Assembly (NCBI GenBank): GCA_028534125.1
Contig: CM052817.1
Span: 13,208,001-13,272,000 of the forward strand
Direction of reading: 5' to 3'
Length of the DNA: 64,000 bases
Origin: Lama glama
Taxonomy: Eukaryota
This document shows positions 24,572 through 37,648 of this stretch, one piece after another. Under the pieces are notes generated by a model. That model was not told the origin of the DNA, did no database searches, and was given only the letters and a program-made list of their open reading frames with translations. How positions within the stretch are numbered: position 1 is the stretch's first letter; each line of letters starts with the position of its first letter. Made by a program: the position numbers and the translations under genes.

Positions 24572-26489
24572 GAAATGTACTAACTTTCGCCTTCACAACC
24601 TTGCTTTTTTTTTTTGCCCCCTTTAGAATAACTACCCTGTAGTGAATTCTGGGGAAGGAGAGAAAGCATCGATGGGGAATAATTCTTCTACACCTCCCAG
24701 TCTTTCCCCAAACTTGCAAGAGTTCCTTGGGATGTGATGCTTGAGATACTCTAATGATACTAAATAACTCCATGAATGTGTAATACAAGACTTTACTACA
24801 TATAAACTAGTCTTTCTCTTGAACTAACACAGACATCTCTGTCTCACATGAAACTTTTTTTTTCTTCTTATCTGCACATAGCTGTTTGGATCTTTGGATG
24901 CATAAAAAGAGTTATCTTACATGCAATGTATTATTTGATTGTATATTATAATAAAAAGTTTCCTTAAGTAAACTATACTCTTTTTTTGGTTAACAACTTA
25001 GGAATTTTAGCTGTGATGACTTTTACAGGTTGGCACAATTATTTCCTACCCACATTTATATTTATTTGCTTTTCTAAGTGAAAATCAGGGCAAACACTAA
25101 TTTGTCATTTCTCAGTAGTTTCCAGAGTAGTGATGGGAGTACAGATTTATGGTATTCCCGGTCATACTCTAAGAGAGGTTAAACTGTGGAGGAAAATAAA
25201 ATTACCAGTAATTAAATTTACAGGCAGGTTTGCCGTCTAAAGCAAATTTATTGCTTCATAGTGAAAGATAGTTTAGACACTTTCACATAAAGCGAATCCA
25301 TTTTTACATGATATAAGTATTATACATTGCTGTTTCAATTTATATAATTAAAATGATATCATTGCACTCCAAGGTTAATGGGATGCTCAACTGGAACCCA
25401 TACGTCGTGAGCAATAAAACAGCAGCATTGCAGTATTGGCTTTTTTGTTAAAAGCTGATGCAGTATTTTAGCACCATTAGATTACATTCTACCTTTTTGA
25501 AATCTTTAGAACAAGTAAGAAAGCTGTGCTGATGAAAAAGAGTGTTTCCTTGAAAGTAGTTGCCTTTATTTTTTCGGAATAGAAGGATTAAATGAGGCTC
25601 TATAAAGAGTGCTTTGGAGAAATGCATTTTCCAATTATGTTCATTCTACCTCCTTCTTAAATTTTCTGGAGAATTTTCCAGAGAATACTTTAAGTGAGGC
25701 TTCTAAAATTATCATTAGAAATTATAATATAGGATTGTTTAAAGAGAAAGCATTGAGGTCTATTTAAATCTGGAAAGAAAAACTTCTGAGATCATAATAT
25801 TTTACATTTTTTCTACCTACATTATAAGTACTGAGAAATAAGTAAGATATCTACACAACTAATATGTATCTTTATATATACCCATGTTTTCAGACAGTGA
25901 GCTTTTATTTCTCTGTATCTTTCTCTTTTTTCTCTATGTCTCTTTCTCTTTCTTGTGTCTCTGTCTTTCTCTGTCACACGTCCATACATATGGAAAAAAT
26001 ATATATGAATATAATGTAATATTTATTTAGATCAGCATCATTTTGGGTATGCATTTGTGGATAAAAAGCAGTGATAGGGAAATACTTCCATTCCTATTTT
26101 TGGATGCAGTTTTATCCCAAGTTCAAAACAAAACTGTTTTTATAGCCTATGCAAATTCTGTGAGCATGATCAAAACAATATGTCATGTATTGTAGAGCTG
26201 TTGTGGGTATATGCAGGGAAAATGAAGGGAAGAACACTATAACTCACTGTACAGAGTTGAACCAAAGCAAAGAGGTCTTCTAAGAGAGGATGGTATGTGA
26301 AAGGGCTCAAGATGATCTAAAGTAGGACCCACTCCTCAATGGCCATGGCCCTATAACTAGGCTTCTGTTATACTAAAATACAAAAACATTAAACTAAGTA
26401 CAAAACTATCACAAAAGACTCAAAGAACATATTAAGTATACTAGTCCCTAGCACAAGTAGTTACTAATATTTTGTCTTACAAAGCCTAT

Positions 26490-26768
26490 TGCATGTATCA
26501 ACGGAAGAGTGGATAAACAAGTTTGTCTACAGTGGAATGTTATTTGACAATAAAAAATTAACTGTGGATACATACTACAACGGGGGGAAGGAAAGGGAGT
26601 GACTACTCATAAGTACAAGGTTTCTTCTGGGAGTAATGAAAATATTCTAAAATTAGATTATGATGATTGCTACACAACTCTAAATAATCTGAAAACCATT
26701 GAAATATATGGTTTAAACTGATACTCTTGTAGGTATGTACATTTTATCTCAGTAAAGCTGTTAAAATC
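26490..26768 (+). mobile_element. Old L1M 3' fragments
   Basis: gagtggataaacaa...ggaatgttatttgacaataaaaa and gtaatgaaaatattctaaaattagatt...attttatctcagtaaagctgttaaaa. Confidence 0.65.
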
Positions 26769-28099
26769 TATTTACAAACATTTTCTCTTTGGGGGGTTTA
26801 TAATTTGTTGAGATTTGACATTTGCCAGTTTTATTTATCAATCATAGATTTGTAGGTTTTCTTCAACTGAAGCTTGTCTTCCATTGAAAATGTTTTCATA
26901 ATTACCAAGGATCACTTTTTTTGTTGAGATCTATAGCTTCTGGGAAGAAAGTGTGTTGATTGGCTATCTTTATAGACCAGAAGTTTTTATAAAGTCAGAA
27001 TTGAATACACACATGGACAATGACTTTTCATTGCCAAATGCCCATTTACAACAGTTGGGGAGGAGAAGACAGAATTTTCTGTTCTGAAGTAGTTAGATGT
27101 TGCCTAGTCATTCTTGCATGAAGATTTCTGAAACTTTTGTTCCATCTTGTTTTATTACTTGCTCATCTTGTTTCTTACTGATAATAAGATTAACTGAGAA
27201 CTCCACAGTCATATTTGAATGTTCTGGAATCCAAACACAACCTCTCTTTCCTTCTGATTAACTGTTAAATGCAGCAAAATCCTGCCTTCTTGCCATTCAC
27301 TCCCTGTGAGGTCACCCTATGTATACTTGTGTGTCTCTGGTCTCCCCATGCTGGTCTCTTCTTTAGAAACAAATTTCCATCTCTTCTTAACAAACCATCC
27401 GCATCACTTTTCCTAAGACCCAAATGCCCTCCTCCCCTTGCAAAAGCATTTCCTGATTTATATGTCACCTCACTCTTGTCCTATCTCATTATTTAATTTT
27501 CTGATGCATGTCATCTTGAGTTTGTGTTTGCCGTGTATTCATACATACATACTTGGTCTTCTTTACCATATTGCAATTATTTTGATGAGAAAATAGCATC
27601 ACATTTTTGATACTTCTCAGCAGATGCGTAGTGCAATTCCTGACACAAACACACGGAGCTACATTCAGAAAATTAGTATTTCTTGATTGGTACCCATGTC
27701 TTATTGACTAGATCATGAAACTCACACATATCCCTGCGCCTCATATTGAGAGAATGAAAGAGTTTTTAAGCCCATCAGCTGAGACCAAGACTATTGTTTG
27801 GGCCGAATAAAGATTTTCAGTGACTGTTTTCCACTTGAAATATTAGTAATTACACTAACACAATCATCCGAACTTTTTTCTTACCTTTATCTTAACTGAT
27901 CTCAGTAAAGATATTTGGATCACAAAAAGAGTATTTTTACCATATCTTTGGGCAGCAAAGAATAAGTACATGATGGTCTTAATTTACCAGAGTAGATGAT
28001 GATATTTTCATGTAATATGTCCTGAGAAAGACATCAAGCATCTATTAAGTAAGTAACTTTGCTTGAGAACCTAAATGTCACTAAGTGTAATACTAATTC

Positions 28100-28440
28100 G
28101 CTAATCAGTTATGGACATTTTTATTTATGCTTTACGGACCACAGCCAGGCACTGTATCAGGCACTGGGGATGCAGTGATGAATTAGTCAGTATCTGTTCT
28201 CTGGGAACTTTTAGCTCTTGGGGGATGTGTCAACAAGCAAATTAGCAATTAAATCCAGTATATCAGTTAAGTATAACATGTTAAGGAGCATGAGGAAGGA
28301 AGCCTACTCCAGTGGTAGGATATTTCCAAGACAATTTTTAGAACAGAGAATATATAAACTCTGCTCCAAAGGTTGACTAGAAGGGTTAATGAAGTGAAGG
28401 ACAACATGTGAATATTCCAGGCAGGGGGAAATGGACATAC
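28100..28440 (-). mobile_element. L2 3' fragment
   Basis: cagccaggcactgtatcaggcactggggatgcagtgatgaa followed by typical L2 reverse-strand sequence. Confidence 0.55.
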
Positions 28441-28492
28441 AGAGGCTTGACGGGAAAGCATGCATGTATATTCGATTGTGTACACATAAAGT

Positions 28493-28605
28493 CAGTCCTC
28501 AGCCCTCCCTATCCGTGGGTTCCACATCCAACTGTGCATTTATCAGAAAAAAGTCTGCACGTAAGTTGACCCATGCAGGTCAAACTCATGTTCAAGTGTC
28601 AACTG
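28493..28605 (-). mobile_element. Tigger2-like TcMar DNA transposon fragment
   Basis: Reverse strand begins cagttgacacttgaacatgagtttgacctgcatgggtcaacttacgtgcagacttttt, resembling the Tigger2 terminus CAGTTGACCCTTGAACAAC. Confidence 0.65.
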
Positions 28606-28642
28606 TGTCTTGCATGAATCCATATATAAACTTGAGAAACTC

Positions 28643-28745
28643 CATCATTTCACAATATACACATATACTGAATCATTATGTTGTATACCTGAAGCTAATA
28701 TAATGTTATATGTCAATTATATTGCAATGCAGAATTTAAAAGAAA
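28643..28745 (+). mobile_element. Short L1MA/MB-type 3' end
   Basis: catttcacaatatacacatatactgaatcattatgttgtatacctgaagctaatataatgttatatgtcaattat. Confidence 0.7.
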
Positions 28746-29494
28746 TTTCATAGCAAAGTTTATTTTGTTTGGTTTGGTTTTTGTTTTTGTTTTCTTTTTT
28801 TTTTCTATCTACCATCCACAACACTCCAATCAATGACAAAAATGACAAAATGAAGTATTTCCAATCAATGACAAAATTATTTCTCCCCTTAGGAAACTGG
28901 TATGTTTTTATCAGTTCAGTGATATAATGATCACCTTACCTGCTTGCTTTCTCTTTCTGAGTCTGAGCTTCTTGAGAGCATACCCGCGTTATTCACATAT
29001 TTTATTTCTAAGAATTAGCAGTGTTTTCAGCTCCACACGTCCATCAATAAATAATTCTTGGAGTGAGCTGAATTGAACTAATTGAAGTGCTGGAAGGTAA
29101 CATGTGTGGTGCCTTTGTATGCTAAGACTGGGCGAGACACTTCACATGCCCACATAGAAAGCGTCAGATCCTTCAGTCCTTGCAGTAACTCTGACCAGCA
29201 GTGCTTGATATCTCTTCTAGAATTAGAGGAAACAGAGCCTAGTTCAGAGAATCTCAGTAACTTGACCAACGTCACATGATCACATGGTTTTCTGGAGTGG
29301 CGCCAAGGATTGCCATCCAAAACCTGATTCCAGACCTGTCAGTACAGGACAGGATACCACTGCAGACACCCAGGGGTGTTCTCTGGCCATTGTGTTGATC
29401 TCTGTGTTCAGATGTGCCAACAAAAACATGGTTATCATAAAACATGAGTTATTAGCTCAGGAGCCCTTCTCATAAAATGTATGCAGGGAGGTCA

Positions 29495-29782
29495 TTTTTT
29501 TTTTTTTAGTTTTATTGAGATATAATTGACACATAATGTTTAAGGAGTACAGTTTGTTGATTTGATCCACTTATATATTGCAACATGATTACCACCATAG
29601 CTAGCTAATATCTAAATCACCTCATAGCGGTGAGAACACTTAAGATTGATTTTCTTAGCAATTTGGGGGTATATAGTAACACAATTACTAACTATAACCA
29701 TCATGCTGTAGCTTAGACCCCCCCAGAACTGGTTCATCTTATAACTCCAAGTCTATACACTTCGACCGACATCTCCCCATTT
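29495..29782 (-). mobile_element. L1MA-type 3' fragment with TSD
   Basis: Poly-T tail, then tttattgagatataattgac...gacatctccccattt. Flanks GGGAGGTCATTTTT and GGGAGGTTATTTTT, the latter followed by a TTTT/AA endonuclease site. Confidence 0.85.
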
Positions 29783-30104
29783 AGGGGAGGTTATTTTTTT
29801 AAAATCTGTTGTCATGTGCTATTTTTAAAATCTCTCATTACCTGATGGCTCTATTGAATTAGGTATGTCCTCCTTGAATGCACTTAATTGGAGTGCTTAT
29901 ATGTAACCCAAATGGTGAGTTAAATATGACTTGCAAAGATCAGTGCTAATATGAGGCAACGCTATGGTACAATTTTGAAGAGAAGAAAGAGAAAGCATAA
30001 AAATTATTTACATTGTGAATTATTTATTATTTCAAGATTAGTGTCCTGGTTGTAAGGTTTTAGATTATGCAAAAAAACAAAAAAATAGTCTTTAAAATAA
30101 CCTC

Positions 30105-30231
30105 TCAAAACATTCTGGAGTTGGATGATGGTGATGGTTATACAACAATGTGTGGGTGTAGTTAGTGCCAGTGAACTGTACGCTTAAAATGGTAAAGGTC
30201 ATTCTGTGTCTATTTCACCACCGTGAAAAAA
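30105..30231 (+). mobile_element. Old L1M 3' fragment
   Basis: aaaacattctggagttggatgatggtgatggttatacaacaatg...gaactgtacgcttaaaatggt. Confidence 0.65.
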
Positions 30232-30464
30232 TCGGCCTCTTATCCAGCCCTCGTCTCTGGTCAGAGAACTAGGTATATTCTTTTTGGCTTTAATGGTTCT
30301 TTTCATTTTATTTCCTGCTGACATTCACTACTTTCCAACTGGATGCACATAAAGGAAGGCCATGCTTACAGATCCAACGAAAGCTTGAATATACCATTTA
30401 TTGGAGATGTTCCAGTGGACTACTTATTACGTGGGTTCCAAAGGCAAGGGGAATAACAGTTATC

Positions 30465-30620
30465 TAGCAGACCTGATTTGTTAACAACACAGGTTCCTGG
30501 ACCTCTCCCTAAGAGATATGGCCTGGCATCTCTGGTGGAAGCAGGAAGCCTGTTTTTTTAAACAACCTCCCCAGGGGATTCTTTTGGGTGATCCTAGAAC
30601 CACGCTTTGAAACCACAGCT
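30465..30620. mobile_element. MER5-like hAT-Charlie relic
   Basis: acacaggttcctggacc...ttttttaaacaacctccccaggggattct...ctttgaaaccacag. Confidence 0.55.
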
Positions 30621-30664
30621 CCAGGGTCATTGAACTGCAGAAGCCACCGCCTGTGTGAAGCAGG

Positions 30665-30900
30665 GCAGCAGCGGGTAGGTGTATGAGGTTTGGAGAACAG
30701 CAGAGCCGAGTTCAAATCCCTGCTACACCGCTTACTGACTGTATGGCTGCAGCTAGATTATGTAACCTAAGTAAATGTCAGTTCCTTGCCTCCAAATGGA
30801 AATAAAAGAGTACTTTCTGATATGATTACAGAAACCCTTAAATAAATCACAGTGTGTTGCCTGGGAGTTAATAATTGCCCGATGCATGTTAGCTTTGAGT
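30665..30900 (+). mobile_element. MIR SINE
   Basis: gagttcaaatccctgctacaccgcttactgactgtatg...tcagttccttgcctccaaatggaaataaaagagtac. Confidence 0.65.
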
Positions 30901-32039
30901 ATTATCTTATTTCATCCATTCTAAATTGAACACAGTTTCACATTGGAGTATCTGTGGAGTTGGTAAATTGTGTAAAATCTTCCATTCACACTTTTTATTA
31001 AGTGCAAGAGGGCACTGTTATCAAAGCGTATTAGAGATTAGAAGGAAAACAGATGTATAGTATTACTACTATGTTCAGGTAAGCTCTGGTTGCTGAGTAC
31101 CAGAAGGTGCTGCAGGTCCCTGTGACAAAACAGTGTTTAGTGGAGGAACAGCACCCATGATCTCTCAAAAGAGACCATTCTTACATCTGACTCGGTGTGA
31201 CACAGGAACCTCTTCTACACAGGATTTTATTAAAACCAAGAAGAGAAGGGTTATAGGTCGAACACAGCGCTGTTTATCAAGAAGCGGCTGTCACGTAGTT
31301 GGTTAAAAACATACCATGTAAGAAGCAGAGAATTATCACAAAGCAATGATGACATCAGATTTTATGCTGTCAGTGCTTTTGAATGCATGAATGAGAGAAC
31401 AGAAGTGAGAGTGTGGAAAGCACACAGCTGACTTTCCAACCTTCAGATACTGAAATCTAGAGTGCACTATGCCTCGGTTCTTGGGGACAATAACCCGCAA
31501 ACATGAAATTCGTCAGTGCACACCATCTGAAAGAAGATTTATATGTGCAGTGCCTAGTTCGGATCTCACTGTGGTGCAAAGACTGGTGAGTCTGTGTTTC
31601 TCCCTCTGACCTCTTTACTGAGCTCTAGTTTAATGTCTCCAAGACTTTGTGAAACATTGGCATTTACCTCTCCCGTGTTGCCGTGATATCAGTATTTTTA
31701 AAGTCCTTTCAGGAATCCAGTTTCCTTTCCTGAGTTTCCCTGGCTGTGTCTGTAATACTAGATTTTGCTGGTTGTCAGGGCTCCAGCCACAGGTTTGTAC
31801 TACCTCCTCTCTTCCTTACTCACACACATCCAGCAAGTTGCCATGTTTTGTAAGATTTTTTTTTCAGAAGTTCTTTTTCTTTTCTCTACCTCCTTTCCAT
31901 AAACTTTTGCTTATTAAAGGCTGGTCATATGACAGGAAATCTATAGACACAAGATAGACTAAAACCTTCACCTTTCCATTTTGGATATATAACTATGGTG
32001 CCAATGTGGAGGATGCATTGGAAGGGGTCATACATTGTG

Positions 32040-32539
32040 NNNNNNNNNNNNNNNNNNNNNNNNNNNNNNNNNNNNNNNNNNNNNNNNNNNNNNNNNNNNN
32101 NNNNNNNNNNNNNNNNNNNNNNNNNNNNNNNNNNNNNNNNNNNNNNNNNNNNNNNNNNNNNNNNNNNNNNNNNNNNNNNNNNNNNNNNNNNNNNNNNNNN
32201 NNNNNNNNNNNNNNNNNNNNNNNNNNNNNNNNNNNNNNNNNNNNNNNNNNNNNNNNNNNNNNNNNNNNNNNNNNNNNNNNNNNNNNNNNNNNNNNNNNNN
32301 NNNNNNNNNNNNNNNNNNNNNNNNNNNNNNNNNNNNNNNNNNNNNNNNNNNNNNNNNNNNNNNNNNNNNNNNNNNNNNNNNNNNNNNNNNNNNNNNNNNN
32401 NNNNNNNNNNNNNNNNNNNNNNNNNNNNNNNNNNNNNNNNNNNNNNNNNNNNNNNNNNNNNNNNNNNNNNNNNNNNNNNNNNNNNNNNNNNNNNNNNNNN
32501 NNNNNNNNNNNNNNNNNNNNNNNNNNNNNNNNNNNNNNN
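32040..32539. other. Assembly gap (500 N)
   Basis: Run of exactly 500 N. Confidence 1.
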
Positions 32540-33115
32540 TCATTGCTAAGACCAATGTCAAGGTGTTTACCATCTATGTTTTCTTCTAGGAGTTTTATGG
32601 TTTCAAATCTTATGTCAAAGTCTTGAATCCATTTTGAGTTCATTTCTATGTATGGTGTTAGTGGTCCAGTTTCATTCTTTCGCATGTGGCAGTGCAGTTT
32701 TCCAAAACCACTTATTGAAGAGATTGTCCTTTCTCCATTGAATGTTCTTTGCTCTTTTGTCATAAATTAATGTTCCATATATGTACGGATTCATTTCTGG
32801 GCTCTCAATTCTGTTTCATTGATCTGTCTGTTTTTCTGCCAATACCGTGCTGTTTTTATCACTATAGCTTTGTAGTATAGCTTGAAATCAGTGAATGTGA
32901 TGCCTCCAACTCTGTTCTTCTGTCTCAGGATGACATTGGCTATTCAGGTTTTTTTGTGGTTCCAAAGTCATTTTAGTATTGTTTGTTCTATTTTTGTGAA
33001 AAATGCCACTGGAATTTTGATAAGGATTGCATTGAATTTGTAGATCACTTTGGATATTCTAGCAACATTAGTTCTTCTAATCCATGAGCATGTAATATCT
33101 TTCCATTTATTTGTG
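32540..33115 (-). mobile_element. L1 ORF2 internal fragment running into the gap
   Basis: Minus-strand peptides NKWKDITCSWIRRTNVARISKVIYKFNAILIKIPVAFFTKIEQTILK and LTPYIEMNSKWIQDFDIRFETIKLLEENI are typical of L1 ORF2. Confidence 0.92.
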
Positions 33116-33719
33116 TCCAAAAAATTACAAAGCCAGTATATTCTATGTCCCAGCTCCCCACTTACCACAGTTGTTTTCTCCAAACACTTTTTGTACATTT
33201 TGTATTTTGATATTCCCTTACTCAGAAAATTTGAGTGGTTCCAAACTTTCCTCAAGATGACAAACACCTTAACTTGCATCAAAGACCTTATATCTGGAAC
33301 TAAGCCCAGCCCTCAACTTTTATGATTTAATGCTCTCCAAAAAGAATTGCCTTGGTTGCTGGAGACCCACCGTTTCTCCACAACACTGCCCAGTGCCACT
33401 CACTGCCTGCTCTGAAATTCAATTTCCAGATTAATCTTCCTAAAAATCAACTCCAATCAAGCCATTTTCCTACTCTGAAACACATTTTTCTACTCTATTG
33501 CTTCGTGATATAATTACAAACTCTTCCCTTGGCAGCTTCATTCTGCCAACTCAGTGGTTCTGACTCATTTTTCTCATTTCCCATAGTTCACAGAAGAATG
33601 CACTCCCATCAGTCGTGGCTCACATAGTCTATGATGGTCTTCAAGGAACAGAGCAGATATACTTAGGGGCACATAGCAAAGTCTCCAAGTAAAATAATTG
33701 TAACCTGTGTTTAAACAAC

Positions 33720-33945
33720 ACCTCTAGAGTAACCACTGTGTGTCAGGTACTTTTTGATCACTTTAAGAGCATGATTTCATTGAATCCACCTAACAGTCCT
33801 ATGATATAGGCACCGTTATTGTTTCATTTTACAGATGAAGAAACTGAGGTACAGAAAACATAAGCAGTTTTCCCAAAGTCGCATGGTTCATAAACGGCAG
33901 AGCTAAAGAATTCAACCTCAGATAGTCTCAGTCTGCAGCCCATGC
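33720..33945 (-). mobile_element. MIR SINE
   Basis: cactgtgtgtcaggtact...cattttacagatgaagaaactgaggtacaga (MIR core). Confidence 0.8.
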
Positions 33946-36900
33946 CCTTAGTTCCTCCAGCATTCTTCCCCTCTCCTTGGATTTCGGCCACCCGCCCCTA
34001 CCAGCACTGGGGGATGAGAACTGCCAAGCTCAGTCATTTTAATCATGTTCCAAAAAATCCCTTTTCTATTTTGAAAGTGGCCTGAATCAGTCAATCCTCC
34101 AATAACTGTTCCTCTCTGGTCTCCTGAATCACTTTTCTCAGATACCACTCATGCTTACTTACCCTGTACCAGCTCTGTTGTCATCAGACGGTGAGACATA
34201 AATCACATCTCTGTAACTAGACTGAAAAATTCCCACAACCAAACTCGTAACAGACACGACAAATTCTCATTTCCCAATTTTGTTTATAGTTCCTCTATTC
34301 TGGATTCAGAATGACTTCTGTCTCCTCTCTCTTCCCTGCCTGATCCGTATCTACATACAATTCACTTCTAAACTTTGGTTCTTCATGCATCCCTGATGCC
34401 ATTCTTAATAGTCCGCACCTTTTCTGTCTATAGGCTGGGAGATGCCTCATCCGTGAACCAGCCCAGGGCAAGCAAGTATTATATTGATGGTTATTAAATT
34501 GTATGATATCCTCACTAGTTCCTCCCCAACTATCATAGAAGTCTTGTAGCCAGTCATCCACATTTGAGTCTTTGACCCCACGTGTTCATTCTAAGTTTCA
34601 TTGCCAGTTTAATCTAGGGAAGAGCCTCTGTCCTGCTTCCATCCAGCAGTCTCCCCCTCTCCCATCGTCTGCTGAAATAAGCACTCACTCTTCAATCAGT
34701 ACCAATATGTCTGCTCATCACACCACTGACTTTTCCTTCTAACCTCAGCTCCTATTACTCCACTGCATGTTATACCTTCTAAGCAAACCAGACCAAAACC
34801 TGCTCTCATGGAAAGTTCTGTTTTTCCACCTCCATACACTCTCTTGTGCCATTTGTTTCACATAAAAGTGCAAATGATGTAAGTCAGAGGCTAGGATAAA
34901 TTAAGAAAAATATCTCCTAACTTTTAAGCCTTAAGAAGGACATACTGACATGACTTAAGTAGCCCCAGTGTCATCCTTAGAAGTCCCTGCATCTTGGCTC
35001 AACATTTACCTGGATTTCCTCTACATCTACTTGAACTTTTGTATCATTGATTAGCACTAATACCTGACATCTCTGAAGCGTGGTTTCGTTAATAATAATA
35101 ATAAAAATAGCAGTAATAGTGATACCTACTTCACAAGATGGCTATGTGGATTAAAGAATGTAAATTTCATATTATATTATTTCTAAAAATTTAAGCATTG
35201 CACACAGCAGGTACTGACAACTTGTTAAGTTTCTTCCTCTGTTCTTGGGTGAACATTGCTCACTTGACTGAAGTTCCCTGCTGGAGTGAGCTGGGTGCAG
35301 GAGCAGAGACCCCATGGAATAGTCTACGCAGGGGGCAGAGGCACATAAACCATTGACTTTAGGGAGGCTCTGATCCTCACCATCCCTCTCTATTATGTAA
35401 AAAGAAAAGATGGTAAGTGTTAGCAGAATAAAACCGCTCTCTGCCCTAGAATTCTGCCTACGAAAATCAAAAGGGCTAAGATCAAATCCAGAAGGGAAGC
35501 TGTTCTGACTGTGTGTTTCAGTGCTCTTCAGTGATGTCTCTATGAGCCACCTAAGGTCATCCTCCTGACTTTCCTCCCACCACACCCTCCCCCCGTTTGA
35601 GACCACGACCCTAGAACAACTGTGCCTATAAACTGAGAAGAGCTGGGACCACAGGTGGCGAATGAAATGACCCCAGCTGGTGGGAGGTGAAGACTGCAGA
35701 GCTTGGGAAGCCGGCAAGATCTGAAGCAAACCTCTCCGCCATTTCTAGGCACCTACAGGCTCTAACGCAGGCTTTGTTTTCGGAGAAGTCGGGAAAAAAA
35801 AAGTGATGAGAAAACATTGACTTGACACACAACAGTAAAAACGTTGATTTTCAGGGAGTGCTATAGATTTAAATGTGCTTGAATTCAATTTTTTCTCTCC
35901 TCATTTCTTACTACTTTCTGATTTTTCCTTCTCCAGTATCTCTCTTTACCTTATTCTAGCTCAGCAGCCTCTTTTGAGCACTGTTTCTAGCATCAAGGCT
36001 TTTAAATATATACTATTAAACATTTGTAACTCAACGTCATTAAACAAAGGAAGGAAGTCAGTCTGAATCAATGACAAGCTGGAGAAATAAGCAATTTGGA
36101 GGGAAATGAATTTTTATTACTCTTAAGAATATACAGAAGCGATTGAAAGTTACAGAGCTACATTGCTTAGGAAATGAATGGCTGCCTTAACCCCTACATA
36201 AGCACGTATTGCAAATGTATTGTTTGTAATAAATCGTGTGTGTGTTTTTCTTTTCTGTTCGCTAAGGACCTTTACTCTTTCAATAGACTACCATTTATTC
36301 CTCTACAGATTGCTTAGCAAACATTTTTTTTTATTTGAACGTTGCGGATATTGAGATATAAATGCAAATCTCAGTTGTTTAAAACTCAGTGCTAATGAGG
36401 TCAAAACCACACACTAAATCTCTGCATCTGCCAGTTCTCTCTGTTGCGTGGCCACAAGTGTGTGAGCAACCCACTCTGGTCCTAAGAAGTGTTGGGGGAG
36501 AGGGTGCGGACGAATCCGTCCACTGTGCCTCCACATAATTGGAAAATGGCTCTGTTTCATCAGCCATGCACCTGTGGTCAGTAGCTTCATCTTTCTTTGT
36601 AAGCGTCAGTTATCTTAGAATTTGAAAGATAATTTTTGTGCCCTCATTGTTACTTCAATAGTTTTTTTTTATTTGATAGTTCAGCTTTCTGTCATGTGGT
36701 AGCATTGCTTAAAGTGTTATGTTTTCAGTGACATTTCTTGTGTGTGTGTATTTATATCCAACTGGTTAAGGCTACTAATACTGTGAGCTCACAGAACTGC
36801 CTCTGAACTCTGAAGGGAAAATAATGATCCATTTCACGAGATGAGTGATTTTTACAAACTCTCATTTCTACTCAAAGAGTGCTTTTTCCCCTTGATTAAA

Positions 36901-37576
36901 ATGTATTTCTCAATTAAATTAAAATGCAAATATAGACAGTCTGTGTTTATGGTTATAATAGAATTATTTAAAGAAGGTTCTAAATCAGCCTGCTGTTAAT
37001 ATTTCATGCAAGAACTGTGGGCTTTATTGTCGGGCCACTATTGCCATGTTCCATTTTCAAGATTACTGAAAGCGCTATGAAAACCTAATCTTATGGCCCA
37101 GATTTTATCAGTTCTTACCCAGTCTTGCCTAGGATGGACTATTTCCCTATATACTTCTGAAGTTATGTTAATGATGTTGGAGAAATATCAAGTTCTAAAA
37201 CCAGAACTCCTTGAAGTTGTTATGAACAATTTTTTATTTGTTTTAAGGAAATATTGTATTACACAGAGGTGAATCAACTCTTAAATTTAAGAGAATCATA
37301 TTTAATAATTTATTATGAAATTAAAGATCTGAAACAGTACTTCAAGAAATTATTTAGTCCAACTTTTCATTTATACTCATATATTATTCATTTGTATTAT
37401 ATTTCTAATGCAAGTATTAGAAATGGTATCTAATGCTATGGATTTAACTATGATCCTTTAGTATTTCTCAGCTTTCTTTTTTTCAAAGTGCTCTACCACT
37501 TCTCAAACACATTGTGATTAAAATAATTCTTAAGTAGGATTTATAATTTGATCTTTTTCTTTTTTGTTATTTTTAG

Positions 37577-37648
37577 TGACCTCAGTGAAAACCAAATTCA
37601 GGCAATTCCAAGGAAAGCTTTCCGTGGGGCAGTTGATATTAAAAATCT
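37577..37648 (+). CDS. SLIT2: SLIT2 internal coding exon (exon 5 by human numbering), one 24-aa leucine-rich repeat of domain D1
   Basis: Poly-T tract plus ttttag acceptor ending at 37576; gtaagt donor at 37649; 72 nt, phase 2/2. Translates (L)[23 protein letters not shown](L), matching the SLIT2 protein as I recall it. Confidence 0.97.

Noticed and set aside
24361..24581. AAATGTACT repeated on both sides of the L1 fragment, suggesting a 3' transduction
   Set aside because: A 9-bp AT-rich match with no clear second poly-A tail; chance is likely.
31060..31090. CAG|GTAAGC as a recursive splice site in the long intron
   Set aside because: Good donor, but no convincing pyrimidine tract upstream of the AG and no supporting exon.
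31993..32763. Long ORFs (181-256 aa) around 32 kb and the 113-aa ORF at 56411-56752
   Set aside because: Artefacts of translating N runs; the real residues are L1 ORF2 remnants or microsatellite.
35172..35729. 185-aa minus-strand ORF, and other 100-180 aa ORFs (11033, 11523, 23707, 42060, 47680, 56964)
   Set aside because: No recognisable domains, several overlap repeats or low-complexity sequence, and 56964-57416 is just the antisense of GC-rich exon 8.
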